Source: a virus. From it: 64,000 bases of DNA. Under the pieces are notes generated by a model. It saw only the letters and a program-made list of their open reading frames with translations. It ran no database searches and was not told the origin of the DNA. The position numbers were made by a program, and so were the translations under genes. The stretch lies in the IMG/VR virus record IMGVR_UViG_3300043470_000815; one strand, 5' to 3'. Of the stretch, positions 18,962 through 28,154 are shown in pieces (within the stretch, counting starts at the first letter, position 1; every line of letters starts with the position of its first letter).

Positions 18962-19321
18962 ATGACAAAATTAACATTTAAAGAACTGGAAGAAATTATC
19001 AATTCGGATTTATTTGAAGAAAATGATTTATACCCACGTGCATGGATGCACGAAGAAGTGTATGAAAATGCCGATCAAATTGACGACAATCCTGAACTGT
19101 TTACCGAATATTCAAAATTGGGTAAATATGAAATGGTCGAACATCATGGCGGGATGGATGAAGGTAGTGATTATTACACGATTTACCATTTTATTGACCA
19201 TGATATTTACATTCAGTTCCAAGGTTGGTACGCAAGTCATCATGGATCAGAATACAATGAAATGTTTGAAGTTAAACCTTACGAAGAAGTTGTTACGAAA
19301 TATAAACAGGTTGGTGAATAA
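18962..19321 (+). CDS. hypothetical phage protein
   Basis: GG.DEGS.YY, GWYASHHGS, EVKP.E.VVTKY. Confidence 0.7.
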   Translation: MTKLTFKELEEIINSDLFEENDLYPRAWMHEEVYENADQIDDNPELFTEYSKLGKYEMVEHHGGMDEGSDYYTIYHFIDHDIYIQFQGWYASHHGSEYNEMFEVKPYEEVVTKYKQVGE

Positions 19322-19356
19322 TTAATAGGAATTTATCATTATAATGATAAGTTCTT

Positions 19357-19408
19357 GTTAACAGTTAGTTAATGGACTTGTGGGATAGGTTGGGAGGTCG
19401 TATCTTTG
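19357..19408 (+). promoter_or_regulatory. Bacteroidota-type early promoter with GTTAA boxes
   Basis: GTTAA-N6-GTTAA-N4-CTTG-N20-TATCTTTG. Confidence 0.8.
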
Positions 19409-19439
19409 TATCATTAATAAACAACTAAATAATTTAATT

Positions 19440-19955
19440 ATGATTTTTTTAAAAAATAAGTACGAAGATAATGGCGTTATATACGCTACTAACAATGAAA
19501 TTGAAACATTAAACGTTTCTGATTGTTACGATTCAAATGGTCAACAAATTGGTCACGATGATGCTGGTGATTATATCGAATTGACTGATGAATCACACGC
19601 CGATTTTGCAAATGAATTTACTGAAAGTAGTGAATACGTGGTTGGTGATTATGTCCATGCGTTCGATTCGTGGCAATTATTCAACGCTTTAAATGAAAAT
19701 TTTGAAGATGTTGTTGAACACACAACCTGCCAAGGTTTTAATGTGTGGGATGGACATAATTGGAAATCAATTATTGTTAATACCCAAATCGGTGAACCTG
19801 AATGGTCTATTGTGGATTTTGACGAAAATGAATTAGAAGATATGGAAGAAGTTCGTACTGGTAATGGTTTCACTGTTTATGAAACTGATAAGTACGAAAT
19901 CACATCTAGTCAATTTGTAGATGCTTGGGAAACATATTCAATAATTGAAAAATAA
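19440..19955 (+). CDS. highly acidic hypothetical protein
   Basis: About 39 D/E versus 6 K/R in 171 aa. Confidence 0.7.
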   Translation: MIFLKNKYEDNGVIYATNNEIETLNVSDCYDSNGQQIGHDDAGDYIELTDESHADFANEFTESSEYVVGDYVHAFDSWQLFNALNENFEDVVEHTTCQGFNVWDGHNWKSIIVNTQIGEPEWSIVDFDENELEDMEEVRTGNGFTVYETDKYEITSSQFVDAWETYSIIEK

Positions 19956-19970
19956 AATAAATAAAAAAAA

Positions 19971-20192
19971 ATGATATTAGTTAACACTGATGAAATGATG
20001 TACTTTAAGGATTTTGAATCTTTAAAAGATACATATCCCAATGCGTATAATGTACCTGACAAATACCCTTGCTATGGGTGGTTTATTTGTACAAATTATG
20101 ACGGTAATGGTATTGGACGACCAGTTCTAGGATATGTTTATCCCGAATCAAATTTTGATGGTATAACGATTAATAACGCTGTATTTTTGTAA
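19971..20192 (+). CDS. hypothetical protein (P.KYPC.GW...RP.LGY)
   Basis: Paralog of the following interrupted ORF. Confidence 0.65.
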   Translation: MILVNTDEMMYFKDFESLKDTYPNAYNVPDKYPCYGWFICTNYDGNGIGRPVLGYVYPESNFDGITINNAVFL

Positions 20193-20395
20193 TGACTAAC
20201 ATTGAAGCATTGAATTGTAATTTACGAATTGACAGTTTGGAATCATTCAAATAGTTTAAATTCTATTTTGATGGTATTAATTTACCAACCAAGTTTCCGT
20301 GTTGGGCATGGATTATAAATTACGAACAGATAAATGGGGAACGTCGTCCGTATTTGGGATATTATTACGAAGAGTTTTTGGAAGAATTAAAATAA
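20192..20395 (+). pseudogene. paralog of 19971-20192 with an in-frame TAG at codon 21
   Basis: MTNIE...LESFK*FKFYFDGINLPTKFPCWAW...RPYLGYY; TAG at 20252-20254. Confidence 0.65.
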
Positions 20396-20396
20396 A

Positions 20397-20434
20397 AAAA
20401 ATGGTCAAAGGTTTTTACACCAATGACCATTTTT
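20397..20434. terminator. bidirectional terminator between convergent units
   Basis: AAAAATGGTCA / TGACCATTTTT inverted repeat. Confidence 0.7.
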
Positions 20435-20454
20435 CATACACATACTACTTAAAA

Positions 20455-20859
20455 CTAAGCAGGAACTTCTTCGGTTGGTGGTGTCAACGCATCAATGGCA
20501 GCATTAACTTGTAACAAAGCAGCCGTCAAATCCAAATTAGCATCTGCAAACGCTTCCAATGCCAATTCGACATCTTCATCTTCATTAACGATAACTTTTT
20601 TCAAAGAATCGCGATATGCTTGAACTTGGGCTGGTGTTAGAACGCTTAAAAACGCTCCTATCTGCTGTGTTAAACCCGCAATACCCGATACATACGTATC
20701 CAATTCGGCAGTAGGTTCAGAAGTTTCCAATGTGTAAAGTGCGTCCATTGCTTTAGCACCTGCCACAAAAGCGGTTTCGACGAGTTTTTCAACTGCATCA
20801 TTTTTAAATTCAAATCCTGTTAAGATTTGTTCGACGATAAGATTTAATCGTTGCGACAT
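20455..20859 (-). CDS. hypothetical acidic helical protein
   Basis: 134-aa ORF ending the tail-side operon. Confidence 0.65.
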   Translation of the reverse strand: MSQRLNLIVEQILTGFEFKNDAVEKLVETAFVAGAKAMDALYTLETSEPTAELDTYVSGIAGLTQQIGAFLSVLTPAQVQAYRDSLKKVIVNEDEDVELALEAFADANLDLTAALLQVNAAIDALTPPTEEVPA

Positions 20860-20896
20860 TTTAAGTAACCTTTTGATTAATAATTACGGAATGTAA

Positions 20897-21229
20897 TTAC
20901 TTTTTATTTGTGATTTCAAATTCCTTTAGGGAATCTTTGCGATTTTCATTAGCGATTTTCAAAAATTCAGGTGCGGCTTTAAATGTTACGACCATCCTAG
21001 CAGGAGTTTCCCATTTAGCACCAGTTGGGGCAAATGTTCCACTTCGCTTTTGACGCGATTCGATATTAAATGTACCTAAACCTTTGTATTCGACACGTCC
21101 TTCACTTGCTGTATGTTTAGCAGTCAATTTTAAAAATGTTGAAAAAACTTCTTCAATAACATCTATATCAATGTTAGTTTCGTTTACAATATCTTTAAAT
21201 AGGTCTTTTTTATTATATTCAGTTTTCAT
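20897..21229 (-). CDS. HU/IHF-like DNA-binding protein
   Basis: VEYKGLGTF...R..R.G..P.TG....PA..VVTFKA. Confidence 0.88.
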   Translation of the reverse strand: MKTEYNKKDLFKDIVNETNIDIDVIEEVFSTFLKLTAKHTASEGRVEYKGLGTFNIESRQKRSGTFAPTGAKWETPARMVVTFKAAPEFLKIANENRKDSLKEFEITNKK

Positions 21230-21482
21230 TGTTTATGTTAGTTTGTGGATTAAGTGTTTGATATGTACTTGGATTATTAAATGACAAGTATAATGATGTC
21301 AATGTAATCAAAATTTTATTTATATTTGATGGAATTTCTAATCCAAGTTCCTGTGCAAATAAAAATACACCAACCAACCCCATTCCGATAATTGTAATAA
21401 GTGTAGCAGTTTCAGGATTCTTCTGCTTAAAAGAATCCCAAAACTTTGCTAATATAATGTTTAATTGTAGTCGGTTATTCAT
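21219..21482 (-). CDS. small membrane protein, holin-like
   Basis: Two hydrophobic segments, 87 aa. Confidence 0.5.
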   Translation of the reverse strand: MNNRLQLNIILAKFWDSFKQKNPETATLITIIGMGLVGVFLFAQELGLEIPSNINKILITLTSLYLSFNNPSTYQTLNPQTNINNEN

Positions 21483-21697
21483 TATTGTCCTTTGCCAAAA
21501 CCAGCGGGACGACCTTTAAAGTAGCCGAATATGGTAGTAACCACACCAACCAATACCAAAACTGCATCCCAAATGGTATCTAAATTTTGAGTAATGTAAT
21601 CCAAAAGTCCAGTGAATCGGCCTAAACCGATAAATGTAAATGCAAAACCCAACGCTGTGAGTATGTGACGGATAATTGATTTAGTTTGTTCGTTCAT
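21482..21697 (-). CDS. putative holin
   Basis: SIIRHILTALG, two TM helices, basic C-terminus. Confidence 0.6.
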   Translation of the reverse strand: MNEQTKSIIRHILTALGFAFTFIGLGRFTGLLDYITQNLDTIWDAVLVLVGVVTTIFGYFKGRPAGFGKGQ

Positions 21698-21722
21698 GTT
21701 TTTTATTTGTTTAAATTGTTAT

Positions 21723-22196
21723 TTATGCGTATAAAGCATAATCATAAGAAATTGTTATTGTGGCTTGTGTAACATCATCTGTTCCACGATCCATATCACC
21801 CCACGCAACCGAGGTGTAAAATGCACCAACCAATGTCCATGTACCAATCGGAACTTCGGCTGGATTTAGAACCATGATTTTTAAGTCATGTTTGTAAACT
21901 GGTGCATAGGTATCAGTGGCACTTGAAACTGCTTGATGTTGTTGGAGATATTGCCATAATTGTAAAGATGTTATTCCTTCAAACTTATAGGCTTGTAATG
22001 TAATATCATCCCAACGCAATTTTCCTTTAACTTTAAAATATGAGTTAACATATTCAACTGTTACTGGAGCAGATTGGGCGGTTGGTTGTTGGGCAGAACG
22101 GCAATAAAACGCCGCACCTGCTAATTTTGAAGTCGTGACCATATACCGAAATTGTAATTCGGGGTGGAACGCTTCGGGTACAAGTAATCTTGGCAT
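21723..22196 (-). CDS. tail tube protein (T4 gp19-like)
   Basis: FHPELQFRY, VKGKLRWDDIT, W.LVGAF, TITISYDYA; follows the sheath gene. Confidence 0.9.
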   Translation of the reverse strand: MPRLLVPEAFHPELQFRYMVTTSKLAGAAFYCRSAQQPTAQSAPVTVEYVNSYFKVKGKLRWDDITLQAYKFEGITSLQLWQYLQQHQAVSSATDTYAPVYKHDLKIMVLNPAEVPIGTWTLVGAFYTSVAWGDMDRGTDDVTQATITISYDYALYA

Positions 22197-22205
22197 GTTT
22201 TAATC

Positions 22206-24053
22206 CTATTCTTGTGCATCCACTGGAAATAAAGCACCTGTTGGTAATACTACGAAGTCAACGATGATAAATTCCGCAGTTTTAGCGGGTTTTAAGTAAA
22301 TTTGTGCTCTCATTTCGTTACGATCCACCACATCGGGGGTATTGTTACGTTCATCAATGATTATACGGTAATCGTACAAACCCTGTTGGTTTTGAACCCT
22401 ACGGAAATACGGATCGACTAATTCTAAGAACCTAGCACGTGTTTCAATTGTATTGTTTTCAAATACTAAATATTTTGTAGTAAATGCAACAAAACGTTTT
22501 GCGTCAATCAATAAACGACGTACATTGATACGATCTAATGCCGAACGTTTTTTCTGTAATGTTTTTTGACCCCACACACAGATTCCAGTTCGTGGGAATG
22601 TAGCGATTGGATTAACCGATTTAATATATAAATTATCACGATCATTTGGAGTCATTAAACGTTCTGTTTGTAGAACTGTATCCAACACACCACGATTTAA
22701 ACCTGCTGGTGCGTACCAAGGATGTGCAACCGCATCATTAAATGAATAAACGGCTGATACAACGGCGGAGGGTGGAAGCCAAATGTTTCTACCTAAATCG
22801 GGGTCGGGTATTTGACACCAAGGGTAGTACATAGCCGCGTAATTTGTATTACGTTGTTCGGCTGCTATTTGTGCCTGTCCAACTGTTGAACCCTTGTATG
22901 TCGGATCAATAACATACATTGTGTCACCACGATCTTCACAAAGGTTAATACCACGCGTAATCAATGAACTATGGGCTGTTAGGTTGTCCATCAAACCCGG
23001 TGTAAATAACAAGTCAACGTCGTATTGGTCGCGATTAGATAAAATATCAAAAGCGTCTTGGTATGCTGATGCACCACTGGCGGGTTGTGCTAAGTTAAAA
23101 CCTTGGGTGTTGTTATTCCAAATCTTTTCATTCATTGCACGTGGATGAACTACGTTACCATCACTACCACCACTAAATGTACCCGAAACTGCTGCTGGTA
23201 ATGAACCTGATAACGAAGCATCACGAACCTGACCATTTGAATTTAGGTAATTTAATGTATTACGAACATTTTCAATTCGTATAAAGCGTGAACGATTTGG
23301 ATATGAACCCGACCGTTCCAAATAAGGCGAACCACCCGAATCATAACGTAAAGTATTAACTTGATCGCCAATAACTTTAGTAATATAATTTGATGTATTT
23401 GGGTCTAATGAAATTCCCGTATATTGTTCAATTATAATTTTACGATTGGAAATATCATCGGCACGACGAATATATAAATCAAATGTACCGCGATTTGGAT
23501 CAACATTGGCAATTTCCCACCTAATTCCATATTGTGAACCTGATAGCAATACACCACCCGTTGATTCATCGGCTGCTACACCTGACCCCGAAATACTTGC
23601 ACTTGCACGACCACTGTTTGTAATTTCACCATCGGTTAAGGCAACAATTTTGAATGCCATTTCGTTTGCCGAATACGTCACTGAACCTGAACTTGCAGTA
23701 CCCAATAACGCATACGAACTAGATTGATGTACAAAAGAACTGGCTGGTTGATAATTACCCGCCAAAATACGTGTCACAGTACACGTTTTACCATACCTTA
23801 AATATTCTTGAACACACGTAGTTGTTAAATATTTATACATTTGTTCACTCGCACCTGAACCCGATGTGAACACGTCACCAAACCACCTAATATATTCTGA
23901 ATATGTAGAAACAGGGGTTGGTACTAATGCAGGGCCTCTAACTGTTGGGCCGATAACCGCTGCTCCAACCGCTTGAATTTCTAGCGGTAAGAAAGAAAGG
24001 TCAAATTCCCTTGTAAAGACACCCGCCGAAAGAAATACATTCGCATTTGCCAT
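22206..24053 (-). CDS. tail sheath protein (T4 gp18-like)
   Basis: SAGVFTREFD, YYPW, WYAPAGLNRG, VNPI..FP..GI.VWGQKTL, RINVRRLL, P.KTAEFI. Confidence 0.95.
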   Translation of the reverse strand: MANANVFLSAGVFTREFDLSFLPLEIQAVGAAVIGPTVRGPALVPTPVSTYSEYIRWFGDVFTSGSGASEQMYKYLTTTCVQEYLRYGKTCTVTRILAGNYQPASSFVHQSSSYALLGTASSGSVTYSANEMAFKIVALTDGEITNSGRASASISGSGVAADESTGGVLLSGSQYGIRWEIANVDPNRGTFDLYIRRADDISNRKIIIEQYTGISLDPNTSNYITKVIGDQVNTLRYDSGGSPYLERSGSYPNRSRFIRIENVRNTLNYLNSNGQVRDASLSGSLPAAVSGTFSGGSDGNVVHPRAMNEKIWNNNTQGFNLAQPASGASAYQDAFDILSNRDQYDVDLLFTPGLMDNLTAHSSLITRGINLCEDRGDTMYVIDPTYKGSTVGQAQIAAEQRNTNYAAMYYPWCQIPDPDLGRNIWLPPSAVVSAVYSFNDAVAHPWYAPAGLNRGVLDTVLQTERLMTPNDRDNLYIKSVNPIATFPRTGICVWGQKTLQKKRSALDRINVRRLLIDAKRFVAFTTKYLVFENNTIETRARFLELVDPYFRRVQNQQGLYDYRIIIDERNNTPDVVDRNEMRAQIYLKPAKTAEFIIVDFVVLPTGALFPVDAQE

Positions 24054-24131
24054 TAATTTTCATCCTTTTTTTAATTTTAGTCGGGTAAACCGATCTTTTT
24101 AATAATAAATATACTTTAAAAAATTAAAACC

Positions 24132-24437
24132 TTATTTTGACATATAGTTTCCTTGCTGAACTGCCCTCCAAACGGAAGCGGCTGAATCATACGCACCCAT
24201 ATATTCATCCTTTCCACGTAATTTAAAATACATTATAAATTTTCCTTGTGTGGATACTTCTATTTTCATTGTATCACTAAGTATAAATTCAATTGGGTAG
24301 GCTTTAGAATTGGTTGGTTGGGGTGTAAGTCCTGATAATTTAGCAAATTTACCAACTATTGTATCGAATGCTGATTCTTTCAATACTTTTCTTACAATAG
24401 TCCTGATTTTATTTTCTATCAATTGTTTTTTGGTCAT
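24132..24437 (-). CDS. protein with IENKIR.IV..VLKE leader
   Basis: Shared leader motif. Confidence 0.65.
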   Translation of the reverse strand: MTKKQLIENKIRTIVRKVLKESAFDTIVGKFAKLSGLTPQPTNSKAYPIEFILSDTMKIEVSTQGKFIMYFKLRGKDEYMGAYDSAASVWRAVQQGNYMSK

Positions 24438-25285
24438 AATCTAATCTTTTTTCGTAATTTATTATCTATATTTGTTGTATCTGCTATATTAGCGGTATTT
24501 TTCGTGACTTCAATTTCTTCGTCCGTTTCCGCTATGAAGTTTATTCGTTTAACAGAATATGATTTTTGAATTGAACTTTCATTATAAACAAATTCATTGC
24601 GTAAATATCCATCGACCAGTAATGAAATTGTAGTTTTTATTAACCGATCTTCACCCGGTACATTTACATTGTCATGGGTAATACTTTGTATTTGTGTTCT
24701 AAACGTATAATAATCTCCCCACATGTGATTACTGGTTGGGAGTATCATTTGGACTAATTGATTCATTTGTTCCTGTAAATCTGTCCAAATTACCATTTCA
24801 TAATTAACCCTAACATATTCGGGAACGGTCAATAAATAATATTCAAATGAATCTTTAGTTAAATATTGTCCAACCGTCCGATCATATTGCATTCCCGTCG
24901 TTTTCATTGGAACAAATGTCATCGAATTTCCACCCCACAATTGACCAGCGGCCAAAGAAATTCGGTCGTCGGGAGTAACATCAACCCTTCGTAAAATAAT
25001 AATTGGTGTTAATATTTTTTTATTATTATCACGTAAAAATCCATGTTGACGTATTTGTGACCACTTTTCACCATTCCCAAACATTACGGGAACTGCAATT
25101 TTAGTCGAATTACTTATTACAAATAATCCTGTTTTTTCAGTTAAATGATAAAAAATTGCGTAATCAATATCATATAAGCCTATATTCGGAACAACAACAT
25201 CGTCATTATCCCGTCTTGTTTGTTGTGAACGATCAATTTGCCCTTCACTAACGCCTTGCTGATATGGTCTGATTTCGGGGTTCAT
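24434..25285 (-). CDS. tail terminator / sheath stabiliser (gp15-like)
   Basis: VPVMFGNGEKW, TPIIILRR, PEYVRVNYE..IWT; position before the sheath. Confidence 0.7.
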   Translation of the reverse strand: MNPEIRPYQQGVSEGQIDRSQQTRRDNDDVVVPNIGLYDIDYAIFYHLTEKTGLFVISNSTKIAVPVMFGNGEKWSQIRQHGFLRDNNKKILTPIIILRRVDVTPDDRISLAAGQLWGGNSMTFVPMKTTGMQYDRTVGQYLTKDSFEYYLLTVPEYVRVNYEMVIWTDLQEQMNQLVQMILPTSNHMWGDYYTFRTQIQSITHDNVNVPGEDRLIKTTISLLVDGYLRNEFVYNESSIQKSYSVKRINFIAETDEEIEVTKNTANIADTTNIDNKLRKKIRL

Positions 25286-25297
25286 AAATTAATAATT

Positions 25298-25840
25298 TTA
25301 CAAATTATTTATTTTTTTAACTTTTGGTGAAATATTTGTTCCTGACCGCGTATTGACTAAATTTAATTGGGATACACGTGTTAAGTGTGTTGAAACGATA
25401 ACCGATATATTTTTACCGAATCCACGATCCCTGTTTTCCGTTGTTATTAGATGTGTATCATTATTTCTACCCATGAAATATTGGTTGGAATATGAATTAT
25501 CAATTTCCCAATATTTTTGATCGAATTTAATAATATCACCTTCACTTAACACTATATTTGAATCAATTAAATCATCACGTAAAAATGAAAATGTAACGGC
25601 TTGTGTAATGTCCATCCCCGTATCATTGTCATTCATTGATTGATCTTCTTTGTTAATGTTACAAAACAGGCGGATTGGTTGAAAATACGTTTTATTGTCA
25701 CTTTCGTTATATAAATTTATTTCAGTATTATTCAATGCAAGTTTAAATACTTCAACTTCATTTGAAATATAACTATGAAAAAGTTCACGTGTTAGCGAAC
25801 TTATCAACCGAGCATCTTTTACCGAACCGAATAGTGGCAT
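25298..25840 (-). CDS. neck protein (gp14-like)
   Basis: NLYNES..K.Y, F.FLRDDL, EGDII.FD.KYWEID. Confidence 0.7.
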   Translation of the reverse strand: MPLFGSVKDARLISSLTRELFHSYISNEVEVFKLALNNTEINLYNESDNKTYFQPIRLFCNINKEDQSMNDNDTGMDITQAVTFSFLRDDLIDSNIVLSEGDIIKFDQKYWEIDNSYSNQYFMGRNNDTHLITTENRDRGFGKNISVIVSTHLTRVSQLNLVNTRSGTNISPKVKKINNL

Positions 25841-25853
25841 TTAATTTAAAATA

Positions 25854-26105
25854 TTAAATAAACTTAGTTATTCCCAAAAATGTTTTTTGAGTTTGTGATA
25901 ATTGTTGAATAGTATTTTGAATTATCGTTTCAGCACCGCTTTCGGGTGGAAAATCTGCCTGAATAGCCTTCAAAATTTGTTTGGCAGCGGATAAACTTTG
26001 TGCGATTTTACGAATTTCTTCCGTGTTTTTATTTTTAACTTTTACGGGTTCTGCTTCGGTAATTTCGCTTAGAATTTTACGAACTCTACTTTCTAATTTA
26101 TTCAT
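25854..26105 (-). CDS. protein with LESRVRKILSE leader
   Basis: Shared leader motif. Confidence 0.65.
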   Translation of the reverse strand: MNKLESRVRKILSEITEAEPVKVKNKNTEEIRKIAQSLSAAKQILKAIQADFPPESGAETIIQNTIQQLSQTQKTFLGITKFI

Positions 26106-26106
26106 T

Positions 26107-26769
26107 TTAAATATATTGTTTTAATGTTAAACTAATTTGTGCGTTATTTTTCTTAAAAAATGTTTCCATTCGTTCAACAATCATATTATCAACAATTACA
26201 AATCCTTCCCTAAGTCTTAATTGCTTGTTTGGATACTGATGTTGAAATGATTTTTGAATATTTGAAAACCGTAATTGTTCTTTTTCGGTTAATGAATTTG
26301 CGACGGGAGTTTTAATCCGTTGTCCCAATTTGTTTTCAACAATCATTTTACCAAACAACCGTTCGTAATTTTCTTTTAAATTTACAGTGTTTTCGTTTAT
26401 TTGAACGTTCTTAAATCCAGTCCGTTTCAACTCATCAACCCCCTCATCAAAATCATCAAATTCACCTGATATTACACCATCGACCGTTACTTGAAATGTT
26501 TTCCAGTAGTCATTCCATTTGACCGTGCCTTTTATTTTACCATCGGGCGTTTGCATTGTTGCTGTTGCTGTTTTATTATTCATAGTGTTTTCCTGTAATG
26601 GATTACCAAGTAATTTCTTAATTGTCGCTTGGTTGGTTGATGATAATTCTGTAATATCAAATATAATAGTTTCATCATCTAATGTATATGATACATCCGT
26701 TGAATCTAAAAAATTTAATAGTTGTTTTAAATCACTTCGCGAGCAGTTTTTTGTTGAATAAGTATTCAT
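26107..26769 (-). CDS. multi-segment hypothetical protein with internal LxE sites
   Basis: PLQEN, INEN, NLKENYERLFG, IVEN. Confidence 0.6.
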   Translation of the reverse strand: MNTYSTKNCSRSDLKQLLNFLDSTDVSYTLDDETIIFDITELSSTNQATIKKLLGNPLQENTMNNKTATATMQTPDGKIKGTVKWNDYWKTFQVTVDGVISGEFDDFDEGVDELKRTGFKNVQINENTVNLKENYERLFGKMIVENKLGQRIKTPVANSLTEKEQLRFSNIQKSFQHQYPNKQLRLREGFVIVDNMIVERMETFFKKNNAQISLTLKQYI

Positions 26770-26787
26770 ATTTTTTTCCTTTAATGT

Positions 26788-27933
26788 TTATCTGATATAA
26801 ATCTTCATTGGTGACCATTGCAACTGATTATTAAGATTTTCTGCTTCCGCTGATTTTCTTTCCAATTGTGCCTGTTTTGACATGGTATCCAAAAGTTCTT
26901 TTAATTCTGTTGTTAGTGCGTCTTTTTCTTCTTTTCCAGCCGTTAATAAATCAGCGGCGTTTAATGTTACTTCACCATCCGCAATTGGAACTGACGCGTA
27001 TTTACCACGTATATAACCTAATATTTCCTTACAAATTGCCAATGCGTACTTTCGTATCCATTGTTTACCAATTGAATTAATTTGCTTATATGTTATGTTA
27101 TAATATGGTATATTTGAGTGATCTGATATTTTTCCATTTGACGAACCGTTTGAATTTAAATCACTTGAAATCGTATAGTGAAAAAATAATTTAACTTGCT
27201 CGGTGGGTGGTGGAAAAATCCGTAACCTATTATTTGTTAATTGAAATGAATAAGCACTACGACGAATTTCATCTGTAAATTCAATTGCTTGCATCCGTAA
27301 TACATCGTAATGTAAAGGCATTAACAAATAACTGCCCGGAAGGTTCAAACCATCAAACCCAAATTGTTCCGCTGCATAATACCCACCCCCCAACGACGGG
27401 TCTAAATACCTATTTGCCGCTGGAGTTCTATTGTGAAATATTTTACGAATAATAAATTTATCCGTTGTAAATGAACCAAATTCAACCTCGGCATCTGTCG
27501 TAAAATCATACACCTGTTTACCAGTCGATAACATTATACTACCTGTGTACCATGTTAATGTCCCACCACTCGGTATATCGTTACCATATTCACGTGCTAA
27601 ATCGAAAATTCCTTGCAGGGTGGATGGAATATAAGCCTGTGATAAATTAACATTTGAACCAGTGGACATTCCTAATAAATTAATAAGATTGTCACGTGCT
27701 GAATAAGAATTTACTAAATTTCCATATTCATTTACCGCTTCTTCAAATGCTGCAAAAAAATGTTTATCTTGAAGTTCAACATCAGATAGTCCATAACCCA
27801 ACCGTTTGGCAATCCATTCCGCCGTTGCTTCAATGTCACATTGAAACTGCGAATCATAGTCATAAATTCCAAAAGGTGTATCCCCCGGAAAGAATGAACT
27901 TGAACCCTGCCAAATTGGTAAAATTATACTCAT
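26788..27933 (-). CDS. neck protein (gp13-like head completion)
   Basis: RLGY....VEL...HF.AAFEEAV.EY, QWIRKYALA..KE.LG.IRGKY...P.A...VTLN. Confidence 0.8.
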   Translation of the reverse strand: MSIILPIWQGSSSFFPGDTPFGIYDYDSQFQCDIEATAEWIAKRLGYGLSDVELQDKHFFAAFEEAVNEYGNLVNSYSARDNLINLLGMSTGSNVNLSQAYIPSTLQGIFDLAREYGNDIPSGGTLTWYTGSIMLSTGKQVYDFTTDAEVEFGSFTTDKFIIRKIFHNRTPAANRYLDPSLGGGYYAAEQFGFDGLNLPGSYLLMPLHYDVLRMQAIEFTDEIRRSAYSFQLTNNRLRIFPPPTEQVKLFFHYTISSDLNSNGSSNGKISDHSNIPYYNITYKQINSIGKQWIRKYALAICKEILGYIRGKYASVPIADGEVTLNAADLLTAGKEEKDALTTELKELLDTMSKQAQLERKSAEAENLNNQLQWSPMKIYIR

Positions 27934-27936
27934 ATC

Positions 27937-28098
27937 TTAAAATGTGAATGTTTTAAATCCACTTGATGTTAATGTTAAATTTGATATTAATTCGACATCA
28001 AACATTATATTATAAATAGTTCCTACATTTCCATTTAATCGTTTATTAAAAAATAAACCGTGTGAACTTGATGGAAATAGTATGTTTGTTAATGGCAT
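27937..28098 (-). CDS. 53-aa hypothetical protein (not in ORF track)
   Basis: MPLTNILFPSSSHG... open frame filling the gap. Confidence 0.4.
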   Translation of the reverse strand: MPLTNILFPSSSHGLFFNKRLNGNVGTIYNIMFDVELISNLTLTSSGFKTFTF

Positions 28099-28154
28099 AT
28101 AAAATAAAAAATATCAACCAAATAATTTGATCTGTATGTATATATGTGTTAAAT

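Noticed and set aside
18962-19321. Possible Tad/Acb sponge protein near the TIR gene
   Set aside because: No resemblance to Tad1, Tad2 or Acb2 motifs as I recall them; left as hypothetical.
20299-20514. 71-aa plus-strand ORF with GTG start
   Set aside because: It crosses a terminator and the convergent gene; the real coding frame is the TAG-interrupted paralog at 20192-20395.
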